DNA of 52,477 bases from an uncultured bacterium (GTDB taxonomy: Bacteria; Patescibacteriota; JACMRA01). The stretch lies in contig CAWAQU010000005.1 of assembly GCA_963784355.1 (NCBI GenBank), positions 1 to 52,477 on the forward strand. Reading direction: 5' to 3'. Shown here piece after piece: positions 28,006 through 37,543 of this stretch (positions are counted from its first letter, which is position 1; each line of letters starts with the position of its first letter). Made by a program: the position numbers and the translations under genes. The notes beneath the pieces are model-generated. The model had not been told where the DNA came from and searched no databases. It was given only the letters and a program-made list of their open reading frames with translations.

Positions 28006-29076
28006 ATGACTATGAACCTCGAGAAAATACGAGATACCTATTTTAATTTTTGGGTGAAAATCTCAAACTACAAATCCAAAATGAAACTGTTAGAAGTTGA
28101 CTTCAATAAACCCTGGTGGGATATAATTTGGAGACAAAAAACTATACTTATATCTATATGGACCATTCAAATGCTAAATGATATAAGTTGGATTATACTA
28201 CCTATTGTTTTAGCTTGGGTAATTAATGATTTAAATTACTTATACCTTGCGTATTTTATTTTGTTTAAAATTGCATTGTTGTGGTTGTCACAATTACAAT
28301 GGTATATAAATGCTATATTGCAGCTTCAATCAGTGAGAAGTGTATATTTCCAAGCCCACAAATTTTTCTTAACTGTAGATCCTATTTATCACTCTACTAA
28401 AAATAGCGGTAAGATTTTAGCCAAGACTGAGAGAGGTTCTAGAGGCTATGAAGATTTATTGGATATTCTGACTTTTGAAATAATCCCAATCATTATAGGT
28501 ATTGTATCAATTTTTGTATCAATGCTTTTCTATAATACCAGGCTTGCATTTTTAACTATAGGATTAATTTTGCTAATGGTAATTTTAAATATTGCAATCA
28601 CGATTTTCCATGCAAATGCTTTTGAGCAAAAAGTTATAGATTTAGACGATTCAGCTAAAAATTCTGCAGTAGAAAATCTATCCCAGGCAAATTTAATTAG
28701 ATCTGCTTTTGCTACAACTCAGCAATTGGATATATTTCAAAAGAAAAACCTAAATTTGATTGTCAAAGAAGGGAGTGGTTGGAATGCTCAGGGTATAAGT
28801 TTCAACTTTGTGATCTCAATCTACTTTCTAAGTGTATTATTGATTGGATATTATGTCATAAACAATATACAAAATGGAACTATAAATTCAACTACAGGTT
28901 TAGCTCTTTTGAGCACTTATTTAATTGGTACAAACAGTCTTTTAAGTGTAGGTGGTAAAGTTAGGCGATTTATGAAAGTTTATACCGAAATCACGGATTT
29001 ATACAGCTTTATCAGAACTTTTGGTAAACAAACTTATCCAGTTCTCGAGGGGGATAAAATCACAAATATATCATAA
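28006..29076 (+). CDS. Stand-alone ABC exporter transmembrane domain (TMD4)
   Basis: FNKPWWDIIWRQK, FFLTVDPIYHSTKNSG, FGKQTYPVLEG; no NBD. Confidence 0.82.
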   Translation: MTMNLEKIRDTYFNFWVKISNYKSKMKLLEVDFNKPWWDIIWRQKTILISIWTIQMLNDISWIILPIVLAWVINDLNYLYLAYFILFKIALLWLSQLQWYINAILQLQSVRSVYFQAHKFFLTVDPIYHSTKNSGKILAKTERGSRGYEDLLDILTFEIIPIIIGIVSIFVSMLFYNTRLAFLTIGLILLMVILNIAITIFHANAFEQKVIDLDDSAKNSAVENLSQANLIRSAFATTQQLDIFQKKNLNLIVKEGSGWNAQGISFNFVISIYFLSVLLIGYYVINNIQNGTINSTTGLALLSTYLIGTNSLLSVGGKVRRFMKVYTEITDLYSFIRTFGKQTYPVLEGDKITNIS

Positions 29077-29085
29077 ATGAGATAA
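29063..29085. repeat. 23-bp motif, copy 3
   Basis: Overlaps the TMD4 stop codon; identity with copy 1 extends to 25 bp. Confidence 0.9.
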
Positions 29086-29186
29086 TTACTTTATGAATTA
29101 ACAACAAATTTTCAACACAATTTACATTCAAAACTACAAACAATTTACAAAATATAAAATTTAATTAATAACTAACACAACATAAT

Positions 29187-30008
29187 ATGTCCGATTTTAC
29201 TTTACGTGCTACCAATTTGCACTTTGATTACAACAACAAAACACAAATCTTTGAGGGTCACTCTTTATCTCTGGAAGCAGCAGAGTCTCAAAAAAATAAA
29301 CTCTACGGAATTATTGGTCCATCTGGTACAGGTAAAACCACACTTTTATCAATTCTTGGAGGGCAGTTAAAGCCTACTTCGGGTGATATTTTGATCAATG
29401 ATACCAATATTTACAAAGTAACTGATTTGGTTAGAAGAGAATTAATTGCCATGCAGATGCAGACAGCTACTAGTCTAAGAGGCAAATTGAAACAAAATCT
29501 AATATTCGGTTTACCGCAATCCTGGTCTTTGGATGATGAAGATAATACCTCTAAAGAAAATGAAATTTATACTGATGAGTATTTGGTTGAAATTTTGCAA
29601 AGGGTAGGGCTCTGGAATCTGTTTAAAGACAAAGATGGCCTTGATACCCTGATTGGTGAAGGTGGTTTAAACTTATCTGGAGGTCAAAGACAGAGATTGA
29701 ATTTTGCTGGGTTGTACTTAAGAGCTAAGCATTTCAAACCAAAATTGATTTTAATTGATGAGCCAACCAGTAGTCTAGATGAGTTGAGTGAGCAGGCAAT
29801 TACACAAATGATTGACGAGCTGGCAAGTAGCGCTCTGACTTTGGTTGTAGCTCACAGATTAAAAACTTTAGATACTAGCGTAGGAATTTTAGACTCTTCA
29901 TTAATCGATAATGAAAAAGAGATGAAATTTTACACTAGAGACGAGCTATTAAAAGCCTCTCAGTACTATCAGGATTTGATGGCCGGAAAAGCTCAGCTTG
30001 AGGATTAA
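29187..30008 (+). CDS. Stand-alone ABC ATPase of exporter (ABCB/C-like) type
   Basis: GPSGTGKT, GLDTLIGEGGLNLSGGQRQR (exporter X-loop plus signature), ILIDEPTSSLD, VAHRL. Confidence 0.93.
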   Translation: MSDFTLRATNLHFDYNNKTQIFEGHSLSLEAAESQKNKLYGIIGPSGTGKTTLLSILGGQLKPTSGDILINDTNIYKVTDLVRRELIAMQMQTATSLRGKLKQNLIFGLPQSWSLDDEDNTSKENEIYTDEYLVEILQRVGLWNLFKDKDGLDTLIGEGGLNLSGGQRQRLNFAGLYLRAKHFKPKLILIDEPTSSLDELSEQAITQMIDELASSALTLVVAHRLKTLDTSVGILDSSLIDNEKEMKFYTRDELLKASQYYQDLMAGKAQLED

Positions 30009-30040
30009 TAACGGTTAATACCCTATAACCAAATAAAAAC

Positions 30041-31177
30041 ATGAATTTAAGGAAAGATTTAGTAATAAAATTGCATAATTGGCGGATTTTTAAAGAGTCA
30101 AAATTTGCTTTACCTCGCGATTCTTTTGTAATTATAGACACAAATGGTAGCGGCAAAACTTCTTTAATTTCCGCTTTTTATACTCTATTTACCGGACGAA
30201 GCTGGCCTGGTACTAAATTCATGCAAAATCTTAGGGTAGGGGAAGGTTATTTAGGCCTATCGACTGAATACTCAGAATGGGCTTTGACCGGGCAAATCTC
30301 TCCAAGCGGGCGATTGAGTACAAAATATCTAAAACTACCCGAGGATTGCTATCAGGAGGCTCTTGAGTCAAATTTAGAGGCTGTCCAATGGCCAAAAGTA
30401 CTGACATATTTACCTACCGACAACTATTGGTTTAATCAATCGAGAACGGCAAAATTGGATATTTTAAATAATTTACTGAATCAGGTAATTGGCCAAAGAT
30501 ATTATGAAGCTCTTGATAACCTAAATAAATCAGTCACAGGAAAGCAAAAACTAATCAAACATGTGCTTGAGAACGAGCTTAATGCGGATAATGTCATGTT
30601 GACTACTTTAAATGCTGAGATCTTGGCTCATAGTATCAAAGTTTGGGAGCTTAGAAAAGATTTCTTTGAGTTTATTAATCAAAACTTAGCTAATTTTACT
30701 GAGTGGGTAGACAGCCCTTTAAAAAACTGGAAAATAAACTGGGAAGTTACCAACAAATTTGGAAATAAAGACAAATTGCAAGTTAACTCTTTTAATTTTA
30801 ATCATATTTCTCAGGCAGACCTAGATAATTTGTGGCAAAGAGAGCTGGCAAGTGCAAAGGTCCTATTTGGAGCTCAAAGAGACGATTTTTGGATAGACTC
30901 AGATCATTTAAAACTTGAAGAATCTTTATCGAGGGGCGAGATGCGAATTTTTATACTGTATTTTAAAAACCTGGCAAAGCAGTATTCCCGAAAATTACAC
31001 CCTGAAATACCTATATTTTGGTTGCTAGATGATGTATTTAACGAACTTGATGATTACCGTGAAGAGATACTTATAAAAGAGTTTTTAGAGTCTACTGATT
31101 ATTTTATCGCGACAACTACTAAATCTCCGATTTTTAAGATTAAAACCAGGTCATTGAAAGACTTGACAATTAGCTAA
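30041..31177 (+). CDS. recF: RecF-like DNA repair ATPase (divergent)
   Basis: LHNWRIF, NGSGKTSLI, GAQRDDF, SLSRGEMR, LLDDVFNELD. Confidence 0.85.
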   Translation: MNLRKDLVIKLHNWRIFKESKFALPRDSFVIIDTNGSGKTSLISAFYTLFTGRSWPGTKFMQNLRVGEGYLGLSTEYSEWALTGQISPSGRLSTKYLKLPEDCYQEALESNLEAVQWPKVLTYLPTDNYWFNQSRTAKLDILNNLLNQVIGQRYYEALDNLNKSVTGKQKLIKHVLENELNADNVMLTTLNAEILAHSIKVWELRKDFFEFINQNLANFTEWVDSPLKNWKINWEVTNKFGNKDKLQVNSFNFNHISQADLDNLWQRELASAKVLFGAQRDDFWIDSDHLKLEESLSRGEMRIFILYFKNLAKQYSRKLHPEIPIFWLLDDVFNELDDYREEILIKEFLESTDYFIATTTKSPIFKIKTRSLKDLTIS

Positions 31178-31280
31178 AAATGAAGGTTTAAACTTAAGTC
31201 ATCAAAACTAAAACATACAAATTAAGTTCTAAAGAAACTGTTGATTTTGGTATGTTAAGAGATAGCTCAATTATTTTGTT

Positions 31281-32324
31281 ATGCCCAGAACTCCAAAAAA
31301 TACCTCAAAACCAAAAACTCAAATAGTGACTGCTGAGGAGCCGCCAAAACTGAAAAAAAGAAGCAATACTATAAGACCTAGAAAAAGAAGTTTTAAGAAA
31401 GAAGTACCCACTGTGCCCGTGGTTCAGCCTGTGGTTAGCCAAGAAATGATTGAGCAAAATCAAGAAAATAACTCCCCAACAGTTCAGACTAACGTAGAAG
31501 TAAAAGCTAGAGTTATTGCAAGAATTAGTGAAAAAGATAAAGAGTCTAGAACAAATTTAATAAAACAAGCCAGACCTATAATTCAAGTGAGGAATTTAGT
31601 TAAAAGATATAACAATTTTGTTGCTGTAAATGACATTTCTTTTGAGGTTAAAAAAGGCGAGATATTCGGTATTTTAGGGCCAAATGGGGCAGGGAAGACT
31701 ACTACTTTAGAAATTATTGAAACTTTAATTAAAAAAACTTCCGGGCAAATTTTTGTAGACGGATTAAGCATTGATCTTTACCCTGATTTAATCAAACAAA
31801 TGATTGGGATTCAGCTGCAAGATAGTGGGTTTTACCCTAGAATTAACCTAATCGAAACTTTAGAACTGTATGCAGATATTTATAATGTAAATACAAATGC
31901 TGAAGAGCTTTTAAAAAGTGTAAATTTATTAGAAAAAGCAAAAAATACTCCTGAACAACTTAGCGGGGGACAGAGGCAGAGATTTAATATAGCCATAACT
32001 TTAGTCTCAGATCCTAGTCTAATATTTTTAGATGAGCCTACGACAGGGCTAGATCCTCAAGCCAGAAGAAATTTATGGGAAATGGTTAAAGCTTTGAAAA
32101 ATAAAGGCAAGACAATTATTTTGACTACTCATTATATGGATGAGGCTGAAATACTTTGTGATCGTATCGCAATCATGGATGGTGGAAAAATATTGGAGAT
32201 CAATACATCTGAAGGATTTATCAAAGACCTTTTATCAAGAGGATTTGTGCGTCCTGAGCCAAAACTTGGTGCCACTCTTGAGGATGTTTTCATAGATCTA
32301 ACAGGTAAAAAAATAAGAGAATAA
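31281..32324 (+). CDS. ABC-2/drug-exporter family ATP-binding protein with ~100-aa N-terminal extension
   Basis: GPNGAGKT, LSGGQRQR, FLDEPTTGLDPQARR, TTHYMDEAE, TLEDVFIDLTG. Confidence 0.93.
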   Translation: MPRTPKNTSKPKTQIVTAEEPPKLKKRSNTIRPRKRSFKKEVPTVPVVQPVVSQEMIEQNQENNSPTVQTNVEVKARVIARISEKDKESRTNLIKQARPIIQVRNLVKRYNNFVAVNDISFEVKKGEIFGILGPNGAGKTTTLEIIETLIKKTSGQIFVDGLSIDLYPDLIKQMIGIQLQDSGFYPRINLIETLELYADIYNVNTNAEELLKSVNLLEKAKNTPEQLSGGQRQRFNIAITLVSDPSLIFLDEPTTGLDPQARRNLWEMVKALKNKGKTIILTTHYMDEAEILCDRIAIMDGGKILEINTSEGFIKDLLSRGFVRPEPKLGATLEDVFIDLTGKKIRE

Positions 32325-32336
32325 ACTAATTAATTT

Positions 32337-33425
32337 ATGAGCAAAAAACTATCACATTCAGTATTTAGACAATTTTGGGGTTTCTTTGTAGCAGCCTTTA
32401 AGTCCACATTTAGAAATCCTTCTGCCGTGTTTTTTGGATTTTTCTTTCCTTTAATTTTTATTTTCTCTTTTGCCTTTTTTGATAGTGGAAGTGTAAATTT
32501 TGATTTGGGCTTTATTCCAAGTAATAGTAAAGAATATGACATATTTAAAAATGCAGTTGAGAGTAGCAAGGTTTTTAAAGTAGAGGAAGGGGGTAGAGAC
32601 AACCTAAATAGAAAATTAGAACGTGCTTCGATTGATGCTATTGTGGAAGTAAATAAAAATAGAATTATTGTAACTACAAACAACAGTAAACCACAAAATA
32701 ATCCTATAATTTTACAGTACCTTAGTACAATTGTAGATAAAGTTAGTCTAGGAGATAAAGAACCTATTTACAATATTGAGGAAAGAGGGATATCCGGAAG
32801 AACGGGGAAATATATTGATTTTGTTTTGCCTGGGGTATTGGGTTTTTCCTTGCTTACAGCTGCCATTTCAGCCACTAGTTTTAGCTTTGTTAGTTTAAAA
32901 AATACTAAAGCTTTAAAGAGATTATTCGCTACTCCTGCTAAATCAGGTCCTTTTATTTTAGGTCAAACCCTGGCTAGGCTGATTTTTAGCTTAATCCAAA
33001 ATGTTATTTTACTTGTTGTGGCGATCGGACTTTTCAATTATCAACCTAGAGGTGGGTTTCTTAGTGTGTTGCAGATGATTTTAGTGATAATTGTTGGGCT
33101 AATTGCCTTTTTGGGTATGGGATATATTGTGGCTGGTATTTCCAAAAATGAAGATCAGGTAGCCCCAATTACAAATGTACTCACATTGCCGCAGTTTCTA
33201 CTTGCAGGAACTTTTTTTCCTGTATCAAACCTGCCAGGGTGGTTACAAAGCATAGCTAAAGTATTGCCGCTTTATAATTTTAACGAAGCTATGAGATCAA
33301 TTAGTTTAGACGGTCTTTCTATAAATCATCCGGATGTGGCTATCCAATTAGCTTATTTGGGAATATGGATTGTGGTTATTTATTTTATTGCTTCAAAAGT
33401 ATTCAGTGTAAAACTAAATGATTAA
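32337..33425 (+). CDS. ABC-2 type permease
   Basis: YIDFVLPGVLG, LKRLFATP, LAGTFFPVSNLPGWLQ; adjacent to the ATPase gene. Confidence 0.92.
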   Translation: MSKKLSHSVFRQFWGFFVAAFKSTFRNPSAVFFGFFFPLIFIFSFAFFDSGSVNFDLGFIPSNSKEYDIFKNAVESSKVFKVEEGGRDNLNRKLERASIDAIVEVNKNRIIVTTNNSKPQNNPIILQYLSTIVDKVSLGDKEPIYNIEERGISGRTGKYIDFVLPGVLGFSLLTAAISATSFSFVSLKNTKALKRLFATPAKSGPFILGQTLARLIFSLIQNVILLVVAIGLFNYQPRGGFLSVLQMILVIIVGLIAFLGMGYIVAGISKNEDQVAPITNVLTLPQFLLAGTFFPVSNLPGWLQSIAKVLPLYNFNEAMRSISLDGLSINHPDVAIQLAYLGIWIVVIYFIASKVFSVKLND

Positions 33426-33757
33426 TTTTGCTGATAAAAACCTGCTTCGTTAGCCTCTTCAATAGATAAAAAGCAGCTACTTGGTTTTTCACCAGGGTTC
33501 AAATTTTGCTTTATTAGTTTGTGACCTCGATAATCAATCCAGCCCGTAATAGGTTTGACTGAAGGACATGCATTGTCTTTTTCTTCGTCTTCACTATTTG
33601 CTCCCAATACCTGCCCAGACATTTTGTAGTCCAAGTACTTATATACATAATCAGTATCATCTACAGTAGTGCGAGATATATTTGTACTTAAAAGTACACT
33701 CGACACTGAAAACATGAAAGTTAGGCCAAAAGCTAAAAGTGATTTTAAATTTTTCAT
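33422..33757 (-). CDS. Small secreted/anchored protein with C-terminal C..CF.S.EEA..AGF motif
   Basis: Signal-like N-terminus, QVLGA motif, CPSVKPITG...SCFLSIEEANEAGF resembling Ada-like/nuclease-associated C-terminal domains. Confidence 0.65.
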   Translation of the reverse strand: MKNLKSLLAFGLTFMFSVSSVLLSTNISRTTVDDTDYVYKYLDYKMSGQVLGANSEDEEKDNACPSVKPITGWIDYRGHKLIKQNLNPGEKPSSCFLSIEEANEAGFYQQN

Positions 33758-33871
33758 CTATTTATATTTTTGTTTAATACTCTAATTATAACACGAATAA
33801 ACTAGACTGGCAAGTTATTGACAAAAATGGCTACTAAAGTCTTCCTAAATTAAATTATCTATTATCATAAT

Positions 33872-35272
33872 ATGCCCACAAATAAAAATGTTTCATTAAA
33901 AACTATTGTAGATTTTACTCGCAGAAAAGGTTTTGTATACCCTTCTTCAGAAATTTATGGAGGCTTTGCAGCGACGTACGATTTTGGACCACTTGGAGTG
34001 CTTTTAAAGAAAAATTTAGAGCAGCTTTGGAGATATTGGAATGTTGTGGGCAGAACTGATGTAGTAGAAATAGAAGGGGCAATTTTTATGCATCCAAAAA
34101 CTTGGGAAGCAAGTGGACACATTGGTGGATTTTCAGATATTTTAGTAGAAGATACAATGACAAATAAAAGGTACAGAGCAGATCATTTGATAGAGGATGC
34201 CAAGATTATGGAAAATGCTGGTTCTTTAAGTTTGGAAGAAGTGGACGAGATTATTATTAAAAATAGTCTAAAATCACCTGAAGGTAACCCTCTCTCCAAA
34301 TCAAAACGATTTAACTTACTTGTAAAAACCCATTTAGGTCCGATTGAAGATGATTCTACGGTGGCTTATTTAAAAGGTGAGAGCTGCCAAAATATTTATC
34401 TTGATTGGAAATCCGTACAGGAAACTACCAGACGTAAATTACCCTTTGGAATAGCCCAAATCGGTAAAGCATTTCGAAATGAAATCACTGTAAAGCAGTT
34501 TATGTTCCGTACTCGTGAGTTTGAGCAGATGGATGTACAGTATTTTGTAAAGCCTGGAACTGAAGATAAATGGTATGAGTATTGGAAAAATAATCGTTTT
34601 GAATTTTATACGAAGTGTCTAGGAGTTAATTCTGAAAACTTACGCTACAGGCAACATGCTAAAGATGAGCTGGTTTTTTATGCTAAAGATGCTTGGGATG
34701 TAGATTATCATTTTGGTGAGCTTGGATTTAAGGAAATGGAAGGAGTGCATAACCGTACTAGCTATGATACTGATCAGCATAGTAAGTTTAGTGGTCAAGA
34801 TTTGAGCTATTTTGATCCAGAAACCAACGAAAGATATAATCCGTACATTGTGGAAATGTCTGCGGGGCTTAGTAGAATATTTTTAAGTTTGCTATTTGAA
34901 TTTTACAATGAAGAAAAAATATCTGAGGGTCAGGATGAAACCAGAGTAGTACTTAAATTTCCTTACAATTTAGCACCTTTTAAAATTGCCATTTTACCTC
35001 TAATGAAAAAGGATGGTCTGGCCGATAAAGCTCTTGAAATTCATTCTAGCCTTAGAAAATCCGGTATCAGCTCGGATTATGATGAATCAGGGTCCATTGG
35101 AAAAAGGTATAGAAGACAAGATGAAAACGGCACTCCATTTTGTGCTACAGTGGACTATGATACCTTAAGTGACGGTACCGTGACTATTAGAAATAGGGAC
35201 ACGATGGAGCAATTCAGAATGAAGATTGAGGAGCTGCACGGGTTTTTACAGAAACAAAGCGAAATAATTTAA
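33872..35272 (+). CDS. glyS: Glycine--tRNA ligase (alpha2 type)
   Basis: SSEIYGG..YDFGPLG, RYRADHL, PFGIAQIGKAFRNEI, RTREFEQM, SIGKRYRRQDE. Confidence 0.97.
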   Translation: MPTNKNVSLKTIVDFTRRKGFVYPSSEIYGGFAATYDFGPLGVLLKKNLEQLWRYWNVVGRTDVVEIEGAIFMHPKTWEASGHIGGFSDILVEDTMTNKRYRADHLIEDAKIMENAGSLSLEEVDEIIIKNSLKSPEGNPLSKSKRFNLLVKTHLGPIEDDSTVAYLKGESCQNIYLDWKSVQETTRRKLPFGIAQIGKAFRNEITVKQFMFRTREFEQMDVQYFVKPGTEDKWYEYWKNNRFEFYTKCLGVNSENLRYRQHAKDELVFYAKDAWDVDYHFGELGFKEMEGVHNRTSYDTDQHSKFSGQDLSYFDPETNERYNPYIVEMSAGLSRIFLSLLFEFYNEEKISEGQDETRVVLKFPYNLAPFKIAILPLMKKDGLADKALEIHSSLRKSGISSDYDESGSIGKRYRRQDENGTPFCATVDYDTLSDGTVTIRNRDTMEQFRMKIEELHGFLQKQSEII

Positions 35273-35888
35273 TGACAAAATACCTAATTTTTGATTTTGA
35301 TGGGGTGTTAGGTGATACACTAGCTGCAAGTAGTAAAGTTAAGGTTAAGATTGGCGATGCAGAAAATGAGCAACTGGCACTTGAACAGATTATGCAGATT
35401 TTTGAAAAACCATTATTTGTTGATAAAACTGAACTGTCACCTGAAAAAAAGCAAAACACTTGGCCTGGCACGCAAGGTGGGGTAATCATATCCTTAAAGA
35501 GGAGGCCAACATGTTTAACGAATTTATAGAGGAGTTAAAAAAACTTAAAAATACCAAGATGGCCGTGGTTTCTAGCGGTTCTAATTTGTATGTAGAAAAA
35601 ATGTCTAGAAATACAGGATTAAATTTTGATTACATTTTAGGTGCTGAGGATCATCACAGTAAGCAATATAAAGTGGAATATGTAGCAGAAAAATGGAAAA
35701 TAGATGTAAAAGATGCTTATTATTTCACTGACACAAAAACGGATGTGTTGGAGCTTGAAAACCTAATGGATAAATCAAAAATAATTGGTTGTAGCTGGGG
35801 TTGGCATGGTTTTGATAGACTGAAAGAGGTTTTGCCGGAAAATCAAATCCTGAAAAATTTTAGTGATATACACAAGATATTTAAGTAG
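35272..35888 (+). pseudogene. HAD-family hydrolase split by a -1 frameshift (pseudogene, sequence error or programmed frameshift)
   Basis: FDFDGVL (motif I) in 35272..35529; VVSS, K and FTDTKTDV..GCSWG motifs in the -1 frame (35460..35888); A7G run at 35444-35451. Confidence 0.8.
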
Positions 35889-35962
35889 TTCTAGTCGATT
35901 TTTACTTACTGTCTTTTAGACAAAACAAGTTTATTATGCTATAATAGTTAGTATTAATTATT

Positions 35963-37471
35963 ATGCTAAAAGGTTTCGAAAGAGGTGAGTCAACTGAAGA
36001 TCAAAAGTTAAAGAAACAAATAAAGCAAATTAATGAGTGTCTCGATTCTCAAAGAATACAGAAGTTATTAGCATTTTTAAAATTAGCTGCTGATCAGATT
36101 AATCAAGAATCAAATGATTATTTAAAAGAACAAGAAAAGAAACGTTTAAATATTACAGATAATTTCCTTCAATTTTTAGATTATCTAGACTTAGAAGTAC
36201 TGCTAGAGCGGAAATATCAGGAATTGAAAATAATTATTAAAAGCGCGAATTTGGATCAAGAAATTAATTATGAGATTTTGAACTCTTGGAAAAAGAAATA
36301 TCCGTTTGCAGAGTCAAAAATTCATGAGATGGATGTTTTATTTGAAAGGTATGCCAAGTTAGATACTACATTGAAAAAAACAAAATATAGTATAGATTAT
36401 TTGAGATACTATACAAGCAAGTTTGAACAGGCTGCTCGCGCAGTTGCTATAGTACCGAATATTGAAGAGTCTGTTGGAGGACATTGGAAAGTATTAGTAT
36501 GCTTATGGAATACTTTAGGATATTATATACTTAATCCTGAAAATAAAAAGTTTCCTATAGACACAGGGAGTCCAACCTGGAAAATTGGTGATATGGAGTT
36601 TTCAAAAGAATTTGTCTTGTTAAAAGTTTACTTAATAACTTCTAAATTAATAACTGGCTCTCTTGATTCAAGGCTAAGTGAAGCATCATTATTAAAAAAA
36701 GCATCACATGAATTTATTGATGACTTAAATACCGTGCTCGAATTATTATATCCTAATAGGGACATTAATACTAAAGTTGATTTAAAGATGAGTCATCGTA
36801 CTGAAATAAAGTTGCAAAAAGAATTATCCACCAAGCTAGATTTTTTGTATAAAGAAGATTGTATCAAATCACAAAACTTTACAAACGCTGATTTTTTAAA
36901 ATGTTTTACTGATTTAATAAGTGCTGATAAAGATAAAATATCTATTTCCGATATTACTATAAATTCAGAGGAAGGTTCAAAAGAGCTTGATGAAAATGAA
37001 CTAGTAGAAACATGGCCTGAAGTGAATATTATTCCAGAGAAAATTCAAAATGGTGAAGTCGAAACAGCCGAATCTTTAAGGGTTGAAATAAAAAATTTAT
37101 TTAATACTCACAGTGATCTAATTTCTATATCAGCTAATTTTGTTAAAGATTTGGAAAAACTAGAAAAGAGTTCAGAGACAAGTTCTTTAAAAATAATGCT
37201 AAAGTTTTTGGATTTGATTACCAAAGTGAACAAAGAAAATAAGGAAAAATCAAGTGTTTTAAAGCGCATCTGGATTTTAAATATAACATCTCAAGCAAAT
37301 GTATTATCTTATGGGCTTAAATACAAAAAAGGAGTTATTATTAACAATAGAGATTATCCTATCAACTGCTGGCAAATAAGGTTAAATCAAAAATATAGGC
37401 TTACTCTTCAGGAATTGGAAAATGGAAAGATTAGCCTCATTGCAGCTAACAACCCAAGAAGTCATCAGTAG
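35963..37471 (+). CDS. Hypothetical protein with possible C-terminal RelE/HigB-like domain
   Basis: 502-aa ORF ending CWQIRLNQKYRLTL...SHQ; domain call tentative. Confidence 0.6.
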   Translation: MLKGFERGESTEDQKLKKQIKQINECLDSQRIQKLLAFLKLAADQINQESNDYLKEQEKKRLNITDNFLQFLDYLDLEVLLERKYQELKIIIKSANLDQEINYEILNSWKKKYPFAESKIHEMDVLFERYAKLDTTLKKTKYSIDYLRYYTSKFEQAARAVAIVPNIEESVGGHWKVLVCLWNTLGYYILNPENKKFPIDTGSPTWKIGDMEFSKEFVLLKVYLITSKLITGSLDSRLSEASLLKKASHEFIDDLNTVLELLYPNRDINTKVDLKMSHRTEIKLQKELSTKLDFLYKEDCIKSQNFTNADFLKCFTDLISADKDKISISDITINSEEGSKELDENELVETWPEVNIIPEKIQNGEVETAESLRVEIKNLFNTHSDLISISANFVKDLEKLEKSSETSSLKIMLKFLDLITKVNKENKEKSSVLKRIWILNITSQANVLSYGLKYKKGVIINNRDYPINCWQIRLNQKYRLTLQELENGKISLIAANNPRSHQ

Positions 37472-37543
37472 GGAAACAATAGAGCCAAATTTTAAAATCT
37501 ATTTCTTGACAATTCAATAGAATAAACACTCTTTGCTAAAGAT

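Noticed and set aside
23915-29085. The 23-bp repeats as a CRISPR array or Xer dif site
   Set aside because: Spacing is 1-4 kb with whole genes in between, there are no cas genes, and the sequence does not match the dif consensus.
29090-29186. A/C-rich quasi-repetitive spacer before the NBD as a degenerate TMD-NBD linker
   Set aside because: TMD4 ends at the same position as its paralogs, and the spacer contains stops and resembles other A/C-rich leaders in the window.
22423-35995. Shared N-terminal G(K)FE motif in two orphan proteins (22423 and 35963) as a secretion signal
   Set aside because: Too short and only two examples; cannot be distinguished from chance.
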